This document shows positions 63,760-64,000 of a DNA stretch of 64,000 nt, one piece after another. Source of the stretch: Patescibacteria group bacterium (GTDB taxonomy: Bacteria > Patescibacteriota > Patescibacteriia > UBA10025 > JAHIVO01). Made by a program: the position numbers and the translations under genes. The stretch covers positions 2,628 to 66,627 of the forward strand of contig JAZDEZ010000003.1 in NCBI GenBank assembly GCA_043808365.1. Reading direction: 5' to 3'. The notes beneath the pieces are model-generated. The model saw only the letters and a list, made by a program, of their open reading frames with translations, was not told the origin of the DNA and did not search any database. Position 1 is the first letter of the stretch. Every line of letters starts with the position of its first letter.

Positions 63760-63765
63760 GAAAAT

Positions 63766-64000
63766 TTATTCAGTAATTTTCCTGACTATTGCCTGAAACT
63801 CCTCAGCAGAATAATAATGGACCGTAATGGTGCCGCGCTTTCCCTTGCGCCTGATTTCAACCTTAGTGCCTAATGCGGCCTGAAGCGCGTCCTCTTTCTC
63901 AAGAATATTCGGATCTTTTGAACGGCGCGAATGCTGGCGCACTGAAACGCGCCTGGCCTGCGATTCCGCCACCCTGACTGACAGTCCGCTCTTCAAAATT
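63766..64000 (-). CDS. parB: ParB/Spo0J C-terminal portion (truncated by window edge)
   Basis: LEKEDALQAALGTKVEIRRKGKRGTITVHYYSAEEFQAIVRKI resembles the ParB dimerisation C-terminus. The ORF runs off the window. Confidence 0.55.
   Translation of the reverse strand, partial: ILKSGLSVRVAESQARRVSVRQHSRRSKDPNILEKEDALQAALGTKVEIRRKGKRGTITVHYYSAEEFQAIVRKITE

Overview
The window reads as a gene-dense stretch of a small, streamlined bacterial chromosome. Several traits are ones I associate with CPR/Patescibacteria-type genomes: a giant surface protein with a T4SS-pilin-like two-helix N-terminal anchor, a split ComEC, a PilT/PilM/DprA competence set, NrdJ/NrdR, and almost no biosynthesis genes. The genetic code is standard, since RF2 is present and TGA is used as a stop. 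Everything from 204 to 44965 (about 40 CDS plus tRNA-Val) is on the minus strand, and orientation flips at a divergent gap near 45.0 kb. Recognisable housekeeping genes are csrA, comEC (two ORFs), glmS, prfB, htrA-like, cobO, nrdJ, nrdR, ftsZ, ftsA, dgkA, ybeY, rpsU, hisS, lepB, der, pth, pilT-like, pilM, mfd, dprA, topA, an SDR-type tdh and a partial parB. Stand-out content: (1) An 11.2-kb gene encodes a 3727-aa surface protein, followed by four smaller TSP3-repeat or Ig-like envelope proteins. (2) A B12 salvage-and-use module runs nrdR-nrdJ-cobO-DUF4430-like-membrane protein. (3) An IS200/RAYT-like Y1 transposase carries, in frame, a REPIN-like pair of GGGTAG-hairpins. Several GC-rich hairpin elements are also dispersed through the window, and the two at 18.8 kb and 51.1 kb are clearly related. 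(4) An uncharacterised operon downstream of csrA encodes 53-aa and 336-aa proteins and a 605-aa polytopic protein with a lectin-like tail. (5) Terminator-TACGAATA-promoter modules recur three times. (6) The tRNA-Val locus carries a 43-nt tRNA duplicate, 14-bp direct repeats and a lepB remnant. (7) An AT-rich glycosyltransferase island sits at the left edge. (8) An Avd-like four-helix-bundle gene is enclosed by CCAAT-repeat inverted flanks. (9) 10-bp phased ATTNGCGA repeats precede topA. No CRISPR array, rRNA or prophage was seen. All calls rest on reading the sequence and on remembered family motifs; no searches or computations were run.
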